From Cyanidioschyzon merolae (taxonomy: Eukaryota): a DNA stretch of 64,000 bases. Shown piece by piece: positions 10,319-21,071 of the stretch. Positions within the stretch are counted from its first letter, which is position 1. Each line of letters starts with the position of its first letter. Position numbers and translations under genes: made by a program. A model generated the notes under the pieces. That model did not search any database. It was not told the DNA's origin and saw only the letters and a program-made list of their open reading frames with translations. Location of the stretch: the NCBI GenBank assembly GCA_000091205.1, contig AP006502.2. The stretch is one strand, 5' to 3'.

Positions 10319-11986
10319 TCAGAGAACAAAGCGGCTTAGATCCGTTTTCAGCAGCATGCCACCAAGCGCATCGCGAACATTCATCACGTCAATGAGAACT
10401 CGTTGGCCTCGCATTTCCGGAGCCTCAAAGCTTATCGTTTCTATGATACGTTCCACAACCGTATGTAAACGACGTGCACCGATATTTTCCACCGTTGTGT
10501 TCACCTCTGCAGCAATCGCCGCCATTTCGTGAATAGCTGCATCCGTGAACTCAAGTTCGACGCCTTCGGTCCGAAGAAGTGCCACTTGTTGTTTCAGGAG
10601 CGAGTTCTCTGGTTCGGTGAGTATTCGGTACAGGTCCGCTTCGGTGAGACCTCTAAGCTCCACTCGAATCGGCAGACGACCTTGGAGCTCCGCCATGAGG
10701 TCACTAGGCTTACATTGATGAAAGGCTCCCGCAGCGACGAAGAGAATATGATCAGTATTCACGTTTCCGTACTTTGTGGAAACGGTGGTGCCTTCCAGAA
10801 GCGGCAATAGATCGCGCTGCACGCCCTCCGCCGAAGCATCCGCTCCGTGTCGGTAATGGCTTGGCGTACAGATCTTGTCGATTTCATCGAGAAAAACGAT
10901 ACCATCCTGTTCGGTAAGCTGAAGCGCCTGGCGGGTCAGGCTCTCATCCGAAAGTAAGCGCTCTGCTTCTGCCTCCTCGATGACGCGACGGGCATCCCGA
11001 ATTTTCATCCGCCGTTTGGAGGATGAATTCCCTCCAGCTCCGCTTCGCTGGACAGTAAAGATGCGATCAAGGCTGCGAATCATCTCCGTCATGCGCTCGG
11101 CACTGGCGTCACCGAGCTGCAGGAATCCCGGTCGATTCGAAAGCGGACGTGTTTCTTCGACCTCGATTTCGCGATCCTCCAAGGCACCTTTTCGCAGAAG
11201 ACTTCGGAAGGATTCACGGGTCGACTCGCGGGCTGCCGGACCGGTCAACTCATCGAGGATACGATCCTCCACGAGCTTGTCCAGTTCATTTTTGAGTCGC
11301 TTACGTTGTTTCTGTTTCACGAGAGAAATCGCGTTCTCGACCAAGTCTCGAATGATTTGATCCACATCACGTCCATGGAAACCAACTTCTGTGTATTTAG
11401 ACGCTTCAGTTTTCACGAACGGAGCGTCGACGAGCTTTGCAAGCCTTCGTGCGATCTCTGACTTGCCAACACCAGTGGGTCCGCACAGTAGAATGTTCTT
11501 AGGAGCAACCTCTTCCCGCAGTTCTGGAGGCAGCTGGTGGCGGCGCCAACGGTTTCGCAGTGCAATAGCCATGGCACGTTTTGCTTCCGTCTGACCAACA
11601 ATAAAGCGGTCTAGCTCCGCAACTACCGCACGAGGCGTAAGTGCTCCCGTAGCGTCCGGTTGTTCTGAGGGCGTCTCGGAGGTCGCAACAGAGTCGGGCT
11701 GGTGAAGCGACGAGAGGCTATCGTCTACGTTCACAGTGTGACGGTCACCAGAAGAGCATACGCTTCGTACACTCGTTCTGTACGTGAGTGAGACTGTTGA
11801 AGACGAAGGCCTTTGCAACGAAAAGCGATGTTGAGAAAACGAAGCAACGCTTCGTAGCCACAAGCGTTGCCTCGAAACGCTTCCATTGTGCTTGGTGAAC
11901 GTCCGGATGTAGCGAGTTATAGAAGAGAGTTCAGCTCTACTGTTTAAACGCATCTCTTGCGATAAACAGTAGCACACCTTCGGCAA
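10319..11986 (-). CDS. hslU: HslU AAA+ ATPase (ATP-dependent protease HslVU ATPase subunit), organellar type with an N-terminal presequence.
   Basis: TPRAVVAELDRFIVGQTEAKRAMAIALRNRWRR; Walker A NILLCGPTGVGKSEIARRLAKLVDAPFVKTEASKYTEVGFHGRDVD; Walker B GIVFLDEIDKI; C-terminal GRLPIRVELRGLTEADLYRILTEPENSLLKQQVALLRTEGVELEFTD...NIGARRLHTVVERI. An N-terminal ~100 aa Ser/Arg-rich extension precedes the conserved core. Confidence 0.85.
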   Translation of the reverse strand: MPKVCYCLSQEMRLNSRAELSSITRYIRTFTKHNGSVSRQRLWLRSVASFSQHRFSLQRPSSSTVSLTYRTSVRSVCSSGDRHTVNVDDSLSSLHQPDSVATSETPSEQPDATGALTPRAVVAELDRFIVGQTEAKRAMAIALRNRWRRHQLPPELREEVAPKNILLCGPTGVGKSEIARRLAKLVDAPFVKTEASKYTEVGFHGRDVDQIIRDLVENAISLVKQKQRKRLKNELDKLVEDRILDELTGPAARESTRESFRSLLRKGALEDREIEVEETRPLSNRPGFLQLGDASAERMTEMIRSLDRIFTVQRSGAGGNSSSKRRMKIRDARRVIEEAEAERLLSDESLTRQALQLTEQDGIVFLDEIDKICTPSHYRHGADASAEGVQRDLLPLLEGTTVSTKYGNVNTDHILFVAAGAFHQCKPSDLMAELQGRLPIRVELRGLTEADLYRILTEPENSLLKQQVALLRTEGVELEFTDAAIHEMAAIAAEVNTTVENIGARRLHTVVERIIETISFEAPEMRGQRVLIDVMNVRDALGGMLLKTDLSRFVL

Positions 11987-12310
11987 TAGCTATCACGCAG
12001 GGTGAACAGAGAATAGCAAATCCCGTTACTGCGGAGAGTTCGAGGCGGGCTCGCGCTATGCGGCGCGTACGAGCTGGCTGCGCTACCAGTCCGGCGAGCG
12101 CGACACTCGCTTTTCGACATGGAAGACCACATATCCATGTAAGCATAAAATGGAACCGGTCAATAAATCTAATCGGGAGTAAGCATTAATGTTGGCGTCT
12201 TTTCTCATTGTCATCAATAACAGCTTTTACGTGTCTTTTCCGCGACTGCTCCTTTGTTCTCTGTTGTATCTCCGGCATGAGATTCGTCGATCTCTATTTT
12301 TCCATCAAGC

Positions 12311-13516
12311 TCAATCGTCAGCAGTCGAAGTGTGTTGAAGGCAACTTCCTAGTCCCGATCTCGCCGCCTCCGGCTCTTGTCAAAGTACTACATGCACGGC
12401 CGGAAGCTGTAATCTACGCTTCGCCTGCCATTTTCATCTTCTTTAGATAAAGCAAAAGTGCGCCCTTCAGCGCCGCGGTCCTTGACTGTGTTCAGCTGTT
12501 CCCAAACGACCATCACATGACCTCCGAGCGCCATCCTGTGTCAGTTGAAGGCACGCCGCATCGCCCGGTACGGGACCGGTACAGTGCGCTCCGCTCGATA
12601 CCTTCTTCCGTGTCTCCGGCCACTGCCGAACCCTGCGATGACGGGCTTCTGCTGCACGATACCCTCGAGGAGTACGTTTTGCGCTACGTGCGCAAGCGCG
12701 CGCTGTTCCACGTAACAGAGGATCCGCGGAAAGCAACGCTGTCCGCAAGGAAACAAGAACCCCGAGAGAAGTCCAGTTTCGAGAAGTGACATATAAGTTT
12801 TCACTCCGTCTACGGTCCCTCCTTGCAAAACGACGACACGTTCTCCAGTCGAAACAACCGTTGCGATGTCTCAAGTCCGGGTCCAACACCCGATGCTCAT
12901 GCAGACAGAACAGCCGGGAGCAGCCTCTGGAGGCATATCCCTCGAACGGTAACCAGCTGGTGCTGCGGAACCCTGTATCGTTGATGGCCGCGAAGAGAGG
13001 AGCGTTTCTCTTCCCTACCTTGTCGACTATTAGATCACGTAGGGAAGATCAGTGAAATTGCGGCATGGACAGGCGAGCGAGTCCTCAGTGAACGATGTCG
13101 AGTTGCTTTTGTCGTCCGTCCAGTGGCGTGCAGAACTGCGCACATGCGTCGCCTTGAGGCAGCAAGGTCGGAAACTTGAAGAACGTGTCACTTGGGCGTG
13201 CGACGCATAAAGCTAAAAGAGAAGAACGGAGGTTTGTGTGTGTGTTTCTGTGAACTGAATTATGATACCGGATAGTTTACCAACCCATATTCATTCGAAT
13301 CCCGCTACATTCCGTCAACTACGACCTTCCAAAGTTCAGGGGCAGCAAGGCGTCGAAGGTTTCACTCCGAACAGACAGTCGAGCAACCTAGACCTTGGCG
13401 TAAATGTTTCATCCAGGAATGATTCCACTTCAAATATGGAGACTATACATCAACCAAAATTTCGAGGAAGCTGCTCAAGGCTGGCATAGCGCGAGCACTT
13501 CGGTGTAACACTTTGA
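12311..13516. repeat. Long direct repeat A, copy 1 (about 1.2 kb).
   Basis: Near-identical to 17401-18596. It starts at tcaatcgtcagcagtcgaagtgtgttgaagg and ends near ...gcgcgagcacttcggtgt. Only a few SNPs or indels separate the copies (e.g. tgtgtgtgtgtttctg vs tgtgtgtttctg). Confidence 0.85.
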
Positions 13517-14893
13517 TCCGACGCTGGTGTAGCAAACGCGAACACTGAAATGTATGCCAGTGTCACCGGGTTCGCCAGATTCGCACACTGCCTCGATCGC
13601 TCGTCGCTTTAGCACCCCTAGCCTAATCATACTCTTGGAGGAACGGAGGTCTCGTGCATGCCTGCTTATCGCAACAGAGGATCCAGGGCTTGGTCTTATA
13701 TTCATTGACCTGATTCCATTGAGGAACAAGCTTTCCCGGGATGTTTCATGCATGACGCACGAACAGTGTAGCAACGCAACGGCACGAGAAATTCCGCGGC
13801 CGAACAGCTCCAGCAAGACCCAGTTGGTGTCTCCTGCAAAGCGAGGCCATCATATAGATGCGAGGGCTGGACCCAGGCTATCTCGAAAGAACGGAATACC
13901 TTCATGTCCGGAGCGCAACGAAAATGCCTCGCGCGATGGTATTTTCTGTAGAGAACGCACTTCATGGATCCGCGCTCTAGTTATTACAGTATAGTGCCTT
14001 CCTGTTTCACCGGTAGAAACGGTATATCGAGCGCGACGCCATTCAGTAAGTGGTATGGGCTGCTTCGACGCAGACAGTGTGTGGCGTCAACTGCGTGCAG
14101 TTCTACGCGACACGAGAACTCGACGCCTTCCTGCAGCACGATCTAGCCGCTGATTCGCTGATCGTGTATACTTGTGCGAATGCGTTGTCTGGTTGTCAGC
14201 ATCCTGTACACCAGGGATGCCTGGTGGAACATCCCGAGAAGCGGCCCGACGATTTTGCGCAATACGCGTCGTGGCTTACGCTCCAGGGCTCAGTGCCAGA
14301 GGGAAATGCGCAGCCTCTTTCACGAGAACTCGGCATGCTTTATTATCGAAGGAAGATAGAATGGTTAGAGCTGCCCATACCATCGCTGCAGTTTCCGACT
14401 CGGTTCTCAAGAGACCTGACCCGATGCGCTGAATACAGTTCACATAGGGTAAGCGAGTTTCGTTGGACTCCCACTCCAACAAGTCTACCAAGAGGTTCGC
14501 GCTTCCAATCTGACCACATAGGCTTCGCAAGGCTGTTTGAATGAGCGCTTGGATTTGATAAGGCTCAAGTCTCACGGGCACCGCAAAGTCGACGTCGAAC
14601 CTGAGGTACGCGAAGCGAGCAGGCAGCGTGCAGCAGGGTCGCAGCAGACGCATACCCGACACGTACCAAGAGACGCCTGTCCCGGTGAGCTGAACGCCTG
14701 ACGAGTCCCGATGCAGGCGCGCTAAAAGTGTTGCTTCGTGGTTCGTTAAGTGCTCGGCTTCGTCTCCAGGGCGGTCTTGAAAGCCCAGAGCTCACGAAGA
14801 CGTTGCTAGGATTCTGTTGACTGGGGCTAGCTCCGAAAGACCGTGTGTTCTTGCGACATTTCCGAATATCATTGACAGAGGCTGGCTGCTGGC

Positions 14894-16264
14894 TTGCGTC
14901 GGTTTATCTCAGACATTTATGGATACAATGGACATTGCACATCTTGCCGTCTCCTGGCGACGGCTGGCAACGGCTCTGTCTGCGACAAACGGAACCCGTT
15001 CGAGCATCCGCGCTCCTTGCAGACTCAGAAGCATCTGATTTTGTACGTTACAGTTGCAATTCATCAACGGGCTTTTTGCTATGGTTGCTGCGTTATCCTT
15101 GCACGTTCATTCTCATTTTCCGACGTTTTCACGTCACTTGTAGAGCTTATGGAACTGGACGTGCCTCTTGATGCACAAACGCAGAAACACTGGCGCTCCT
15201 GTGAAAGGCGAGTTGCTGACGCTTTGCGGGTGCTGCAACACGGCGCACTGCGCGGGGAGCGGGATCTCGTTCACGCCATTATCTACCGCAATGCGAACCA
15301 GCACCACAAACACGCCTACTTCCAAGGGCTTCGAAGCGCAGTGCGGGCGCTGGATCGCTTGGACGCTGCGTTTGCTGCACAGAAAGGAAGCTTCGCTCGA
15401 GGAACTCTGCAACTTGATGAGAGCAACTGGCTTGCCGCCCTGGCTCAACTGGATCAGGTACTCATACAGCACCTGTACTCGCGGCAGGAGGTCCAAAAGC
15501 GGCCGCCGCAAGTCACACACCCGCACGGGACGAACGCCTCGTCAGCCCCGGCCCTGCAGTTGTCTTTGGAGACGATAGCAAACGCACTGGAGCCTTTGTT
15601 GGAGGTTGCTATTGAGTGGCTTGCAGTTGTGCGTCACCGACTGCGCATCAGTTTTAAACACGCTTGGCACCACTTGGTCCTGCGTGCGAATTTCCTAGCG
15701 CTGGGCATGGCCCTTGTGGCAGCTGCAGGTCGGCTGCACGCAATCGTAGAGCGGGCGATGGAGAGTCTGACACACGCCCGCTGCCATTTGCACTGGATTC
15801 GAAAAACGCGTCAGAAGCATGCTCGACATGCCAGTACTCGTGAAAAGCGTCCGCAACAGCACCCATCGCGATCAGCGCAAAAAGCTGATCAGTTGCGAGA
15901 GCCAGTCAGCTCTGGAAGGCAACAGAGGCACGCAGGCATCACGCGTTCAACCGGTGTCATCGTCACGGGTTCTATCGAGGCACATGCGAGGATGCGCAGC
16001 ACGAACGACGAACCTTTACATGCAGCTCCTTCTCTGTATCACGCGTTAGAGGCGACACGCTCGCGCACCTCCGAATGGAGCGCCGCCCCTAACGTTTTTT
16101 CGACCTCGCCTCCTGATCGCGCTGCACCGCAGCGGACTCGGGAAGAAGAGCCCGCAGAGACCATGCCGCGAAGCCATTCAGTAGACAGCCTTGATGAGAT
16201 ATTTGCAGCGGCGGAAGCGTCGGAGGCCGACAGTCTTGAGCACCTGAGGCGTTATATTGACTGA
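14894..16264 (+). CDS. Hypothetical protein (456-aa ORF; a likely start is the internal Met at ~15134, MELDVPL...). It lies inside the cassette bracketed by direct repeat A.
   Basis: It is the longest ORF in the 13.5-17.4 kb interval. The central part is non-repetitive and the C-terminus is Ser/Arg/Gln-rich. I recognise no family. Confidence 0.3.
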   Translation: MRRFISDIYGYNGHCTSCRLLATAGNGSVCDKRNPFEHPRSLQTQKHLILYVTVAIHQRAFCYGCCVILARSFSFSDVFTSLVELMELDVPLDAQTQKHWRSCERRVADALRVLQHGALRGERDLVHAIIYRNANQHHKHAYFQGLRSAVRALDRLDAAFAAQKGSFARGTLQLDESNWLAALAQLDQVLIQHLYSRQEVQKRPPQVTHPHGTNASSAPALQLSLETIANALEPLLEVAIEWLAVVRHRLRISFKHAWHHLVLRANFLALGMALVAAAGRLHAIVERAMESLTHARCHLHWIRKTRQKHARHASTREKRPQQHPSRSAQKADQLREPVSSGRQQRHAGITRSTGVIVTGSIEAHARMRSTNDEPLHAAPSLYHALEATRSRTSEWSAAPNVFSTSPPDRAAPQRTREEEPAETMPRSHSVDSLDEIFAAAEASEADSLEHLRRYID

Positions 16265-17400
16265 ATAGTGACGAAGGGAAGGCACTTGATGGGATAGAGC
16301 CACAGGTTTGCATTTGTGACCCGTCCTGGGCCAGCTTAAACTGTCGCAGACGATACGGTCATGTCTCGTCGCAGACGATACGCATTCCAAATCGGAGGAT
16401 ACAGGAAATCACAGAATACGCATGTAACTATTGTTTTCCGCGCGAATGATTCTGGCTGGAGGTTTTTGACGTTGCATCGAGCGGGGCTTGGAACGTCGAA
16501 GTAATCGGAAGCAGCAGCCCGCTTCTATTAGCTTTCTCGCCGGTGGTGCATTCCTTTCTGTGTCAAAACCGAACACTTGAACAGCTCCAGCAGTGCTCGT
16601 TTGTCTCCTGGAAACAAATGCGTGTACATGCGGATGCATCCTGTGCGGAGTTCTGTTCCGTCGGCTCTGCCTAGAGAACACGGGCTCGTAATTTAACAAG
16701 CCGCTCTTCTCTTTCCACGCGTAGAAGGCTAAGTATCCACCAACACGATCTGGAAGCGCGCTGTCTGTCGCCCCAGGGTCGCGGTTCCTAGTTTGAAGGC
16801 GCGCAGCACGGAACAGCCTCGCCATGACCTCGCAAGTGGTGTCGGGTCGCGCCTTGTGGACGCGCCACCATCATGTCTCTGTCCACATGCTGCAACTATG
16901 CCGTACAGAGCATTGAGTAGCACTGACTTGGTATACTACGTTTGTAAAATCAAGGTTCCGGTAAGCGCTCTAAAACTTAAGAACAGAAAGAACTCTTTGC
17001 AAATCCTCGTTGAGTCTCCGGGCGAAAGAATCTATTCGCTCCACCTGGGGCGCTCATGAAAATGTCCTTGTTCCTCGGCGCGACCTAGCCATGGGTAGCG
17101 TAGGATCTGAAGGCCCTATCCGAGCCCGAGCAAGCCACAAGTTCGAGCACGATAGGCATCAAGCGAGCTCTGCGCAGCAGGTCCGCGTCGGTATGTGTTT
17201 GGTAGCTGGCCATCACGTCCACATTCATATCAGAATAATATGGGACTGTTCCATATGCCTTACTCGGGTACATATGCTAACGATAAGGTATATTCCCACT
17301 ATGAGCAACATCAGCCTTTGCGGGCTTTTTCTGTGACCGCTTCCTTTTCCTCTCTCCTCTCTTCGACTTTAAAATGAGCTGGGCTCTACTGTCTTTCCTG

Positions 17401-18596
17401 ATCAATCGTCAGCAGTCGAAGTGTGTTGAAGGCAACTTCCTAGTCCCGATCTCGCCGCCTCCGGCTCTTGTCAAAGTACTACATGCACGGCCGGAAGCTG
17501 TAATCTACGCTTCGCCTGCCATTTTCATCTTCTTTAGATAAAGCAAAAGTGCGCCCTTCAGCGCCGCGGTCCTTGACTGTGTTCAGCTGTTCCCAAACGA
17601 CCATCACATGACCTCCGAGCGCCATCCTGCGTCAGTTGAAGGCACGCCGCATCGCCCGGTACGGGACCGGTACAGTGCGCTCCGCTCGATGCCTTCTTCT
17701 GTGTCTCCGGCCACTGCCGAACCCTGCGATGACGGGCTTCTGCTGCACGATACCCTCGAGGAGTACGTTTTGCGCTACGTGCGCAAGCGCGCGCTGTTCC
17801 ACGTAACAGAGGATCCGCGGAAAGCAACGCTGTCCGCAAGGAAACAAGAACCCCGAGAGAAGTCCAGTTTCGAGAAGTGACATATAAGTTTCATTCCGTC
17901 TACGGTCCCTCCGTGCAAAACGACGACACGTTCTCCAGTCGAAACAACCGTTGCGATGTCTCAAGTCCGGGTCCAACACCCGATGCTCATGCAGACAGAA
18001 CAGCCGGGAGCAGCCTCTGGAAGCATATCCCTCGAACGGTAACCAGCTGGTGCTGCGGAACCCTGTATCGTTGATGGCCGCGAAGAGAGGAGCATTTCTC
18101 TTCCCTACCTTGTCGACTATTAGATCACGTAGGGAAGATCAGTGAAATTGCGGCATGGACAGGCGAGCGAGTCCTCAGTGAACGATGTCGAGTTGCTTTT
18201 GTCGTCCGTCCAGTGGCGTGCAGAACTGCGCACATGCGTCGCCTTGAGGCAGCAAGGTTGGAAACTTGAAGAACGTGTCACTTGGGCGTGCGACGCATAA
18301 AGCTAAAAGAGAAGAACGGAGGTTTGTGTGTGTTTCTGTGAACTGGATTATGATACCGGATAGTTTACCAACCCATATGCAATCGAATCCCGCTACATTC
18401 CGTCAACTACGACCTTCCAAAGTTCAGGGGCAGCAAGGCGTCGAAGGTTTCACTCCGAACAGACAGTCGAGCAACCTAGACCTTGGTGTAAATGTTTCAT
18501 CCAGGAATGGTTCCACTTCAAATATAGAGGCTATACATCAACCAAAATTTCGAGGAAGCTGCTCAAGGCTGGCATAGCGCGAGCACTTTGGTGTTC
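17401..18596. repeat. Long direct repeat A, copy 2.
   Basis: Same sequence as 12311-13516, 5090 bp downstream and in the same orientation. Confidence 0.85.
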
Positions 18597-18696
18597 CATT
18601 TTGATCTAACACGACTTCAGCGCATTGAGCTCTGCGGTTCTCGGACAGCGCTCTTGGAACTGCGCCTACTTGTCTGCTTCCCTCACTTTACTGTAA

Positions 18697-19515
18697 ATGT
18701 CGAGGTTTTTGTCCCGAATATGGACTCGGGACGTGCTGCGAGCTTTCTGGGTCCAAGACCGACGGGTTCTACACCGATGTCTAGCTCCCGCTTCGTGTCG
18801 GCAGTGGCAGCTGCAGGGCTTCGGTTCGCGCAAACTCACCGATACGGCAGCGCGCTCGAAGGAGGAAGCAGAGACCGCTGCAGGTGGAGCGCCCCATGCG
18901 CAAACTCAGAGCGAAGTTCTCTCAACTATTGAGGCGCTATTGTCGAAACCGTGGACTGGAGAGTTTGAGGCAAACCTTGTGCCACTGGAGCCTCACCTGG
19001 AACGAGCAGCAACCATCTTAGCCCGCGAACAGGCGGACTGGCAGAAAGTTCAAGTCGCTACCGGTCCAAGTCCAACCGCTGAGGCCCGAGCGTTTGTACA
19101 CGACCTCCATTTGCTGTTCCTCGTCAAGGAAATGGCCCCGACAGCGTCTTTACTTGCAGAAACCGCCCTGGACCTTTTACGTTTGCGTATGGATGAGACC
19201 GGTTTCCTTGGCAGCCAAGTCAAACCGTCCAAGTCACAGCTAGAAAGCGAGATCGAGGACACAGTTCGTGCCTATGAGGCAGCAACACGCCGTCTAGAAT
19301 CTGCTAAAGAGAAAGCGGTTCGGGATGCTCCTATCCGCGAGCCGATTTGGAACGAGGCCATACGAAAATGGGAACTGGATGTAGGCATCCACATCCTGCA
19401 GCTGAGGCAAACCATCAGCATAGAGGGATACAGTGAACGGTTCGGAGCGATTGCAGGGCATCGCATTGTTCCAGCTAGAGTGGTGTCCATCGAGAAATCT
19501 GACTCCACAGGCTGA
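18697..19515 (+). CDS. Hypothetical protein (272 aa).
   Basis: The ORF starts about 100 bp after repeat A copy 2. It has an N-terminal Arg/Ser-rich presequence-like segment followed by a non-repetitive, helix-rich sequence. No family recognised. Confidence 0.35.
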   Translation: MSRFLSRIWTRDVLRAFWVQDRRVLHRCLAPASCRQWQLQGFGSRKLTDTAARSKEEAETAAGGAPHAQTQSEVLSTIEALLSKPWTGEFEANLVPLEPHLERAATILAREQADWQKVQVATGPSPTAEARAFVHDLHLLFLVKEMAPTASLLAETALDLLRLRMDETGFLGSQVKPSKSQLESEIEDTVRAYEAATRRLESAKEKAVRDAPIREPIWNEAIRKWELDVGIHILQLRQTISIEGYSERFGAIAGHRIVPARVVSIEKSDSTG

Positions 19516-21071
19516 GCTGGTCAGTGCAAATACGAAAACACGCTCTCGATGAACACATCTATTGGAGATCCTGTGCTTGTCTTTCGCTCAAGAAGCCTTT
19601 GAATTGATCGTTGCTCTCGCGACGTATCCATACAAAATGGACAAGTGAAGCAACACCGACGTGGTAGACGATATCGAGACCGTGTTCGATGGAATCCCAG
19701 TCGGGCCTGCCCAGATGTGGAAACGAGTGAGGTGGATGCTGGTTCCGGCCTTGGCTGGATGCGAAACTATCGCAAGACAAGCATAGCGATGCAGACGGGC
19801 GCCAGTTTTGTAAGGACAAAATCACAAGTCACTGTAGGTGTTGTATGGGGGCCCGATATCCGCTGAAGACTTTTTGCAGGTCGTGGCATGCATTCGAAAG
19901 CGATACACCGACTCAGCGATTGCACACGGAAGCACACGCGTGGAGTTCTTGTGAAGCAACTGCTTCGTTAGCTTGCACTGGGGTCTTGTGCGCGTGAATT
20001 GATACGCGATGTTCAAAAGAATGTGACAAAATCTTCGATCGATTCGAAGAGCTAAAAGCTATGCGATTCCTGCATCTAACTGATTTTCGCGTTCGCCAAC
20101 GGGTCAGGGGCAACTCACCAGATCAGTGCCCTACTGCTTCTAGACTATCTGTGACTACCTATATGCGACACTGATACCTTCGGAGCGGCGGAATCGAACC
20201 AATGCGCTGCGGAGCACCAACTCCTCACATGAAGGTAGTAGATTGCGAACGACATGAGGCGCGCGCTCGATCTGCAGTCAATGCACGGCAACGTTCGCTT
20301 CGTGCACATGAACGCCCGGCAACGAGAATTTCCGCGACCCTTCCAGCTAAAAGCGGTTATAACGACCAGAAGATAGGTCTGAGGATTCACAGGCCCTACT
20401 TAGCGGGTATGAAGGCGCTAGTCGCAGCATCCAATGATATAGGTGCACAGCTCTGCCCGGTGATGTTTCGGAGGTGAACCAGCGACCCTGAAGCATGCCA
20501 CATCTTGATCACGGTGCATGGCGCCCTGCATGAAGAAGGCATCGAGTCGGACGCAGCGCGCGTCGCCCATGAGCACTTGCAGCGCGCGTGGAAAACGATT
20601 TGAGTGCATTCCCATGTGGTACGCGGGTACTCTCCAAAAAAGCATCGATAAAAGCACCCAGTGCACTGCAAGGAGAGGGCGCACTCCTCCTCCTCCTCCT
20701 CCTCCCCTCCGTGTATCGTTCCAGACTGTGAGCTCGTGTTGCGAACACTGGCAGTTGCGAATCACAGATCGCTGCAGTGGCCCGCCACTGGTCATCGAGT
20801 GACTCGTCTCGGAGGTGCGCTCGCCGCCCAGCGCTGCTCCGTGAGCGCGCCCAGTGCTTCATGACCACATGGGTATTGTTCCGGATTTTTCCAGCACCTC
20901 ATTGGCATCCCCTTTCACCGTCGCATCTGATATCCTGACAAAACAGCAACACCACGCAGGGGAATCGTCTGGAGTTGTTCAGCTGGGCGGAGCGCCCAGC
21001 CGCATACCGGGACTCCAGAGTTCCTAGGTATCTCGCATCGAAATGCGCCAGCGTGGCGTGCGTAATGGCCT

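Noticed and set aside
12311-18596. Interpreting direct-repeat pair A as LTRs of an LTR retrotransposon.
   Set aside because: The repeat termini are not TG...CA. No target-site duplication flanks the pair. The 3.9-kb interior shows no gag, protease, RT or integrase signatures. Segmental duplication or a recombinogenic repeat is more consistent.
20175-20250. tRNA-like T-arm on the minus strand (GGTTCGATTCC read from the complement of ggaatcgaacc).
   Set aside because: The T-stem pairs for only 3 of 5 positions. No 7-bp acceptor stem can be formed: the complement of the 3' strand GCTCCGA is absent upstream. No D- or anticodon arm is found. It is not a supportable tRNA gene.
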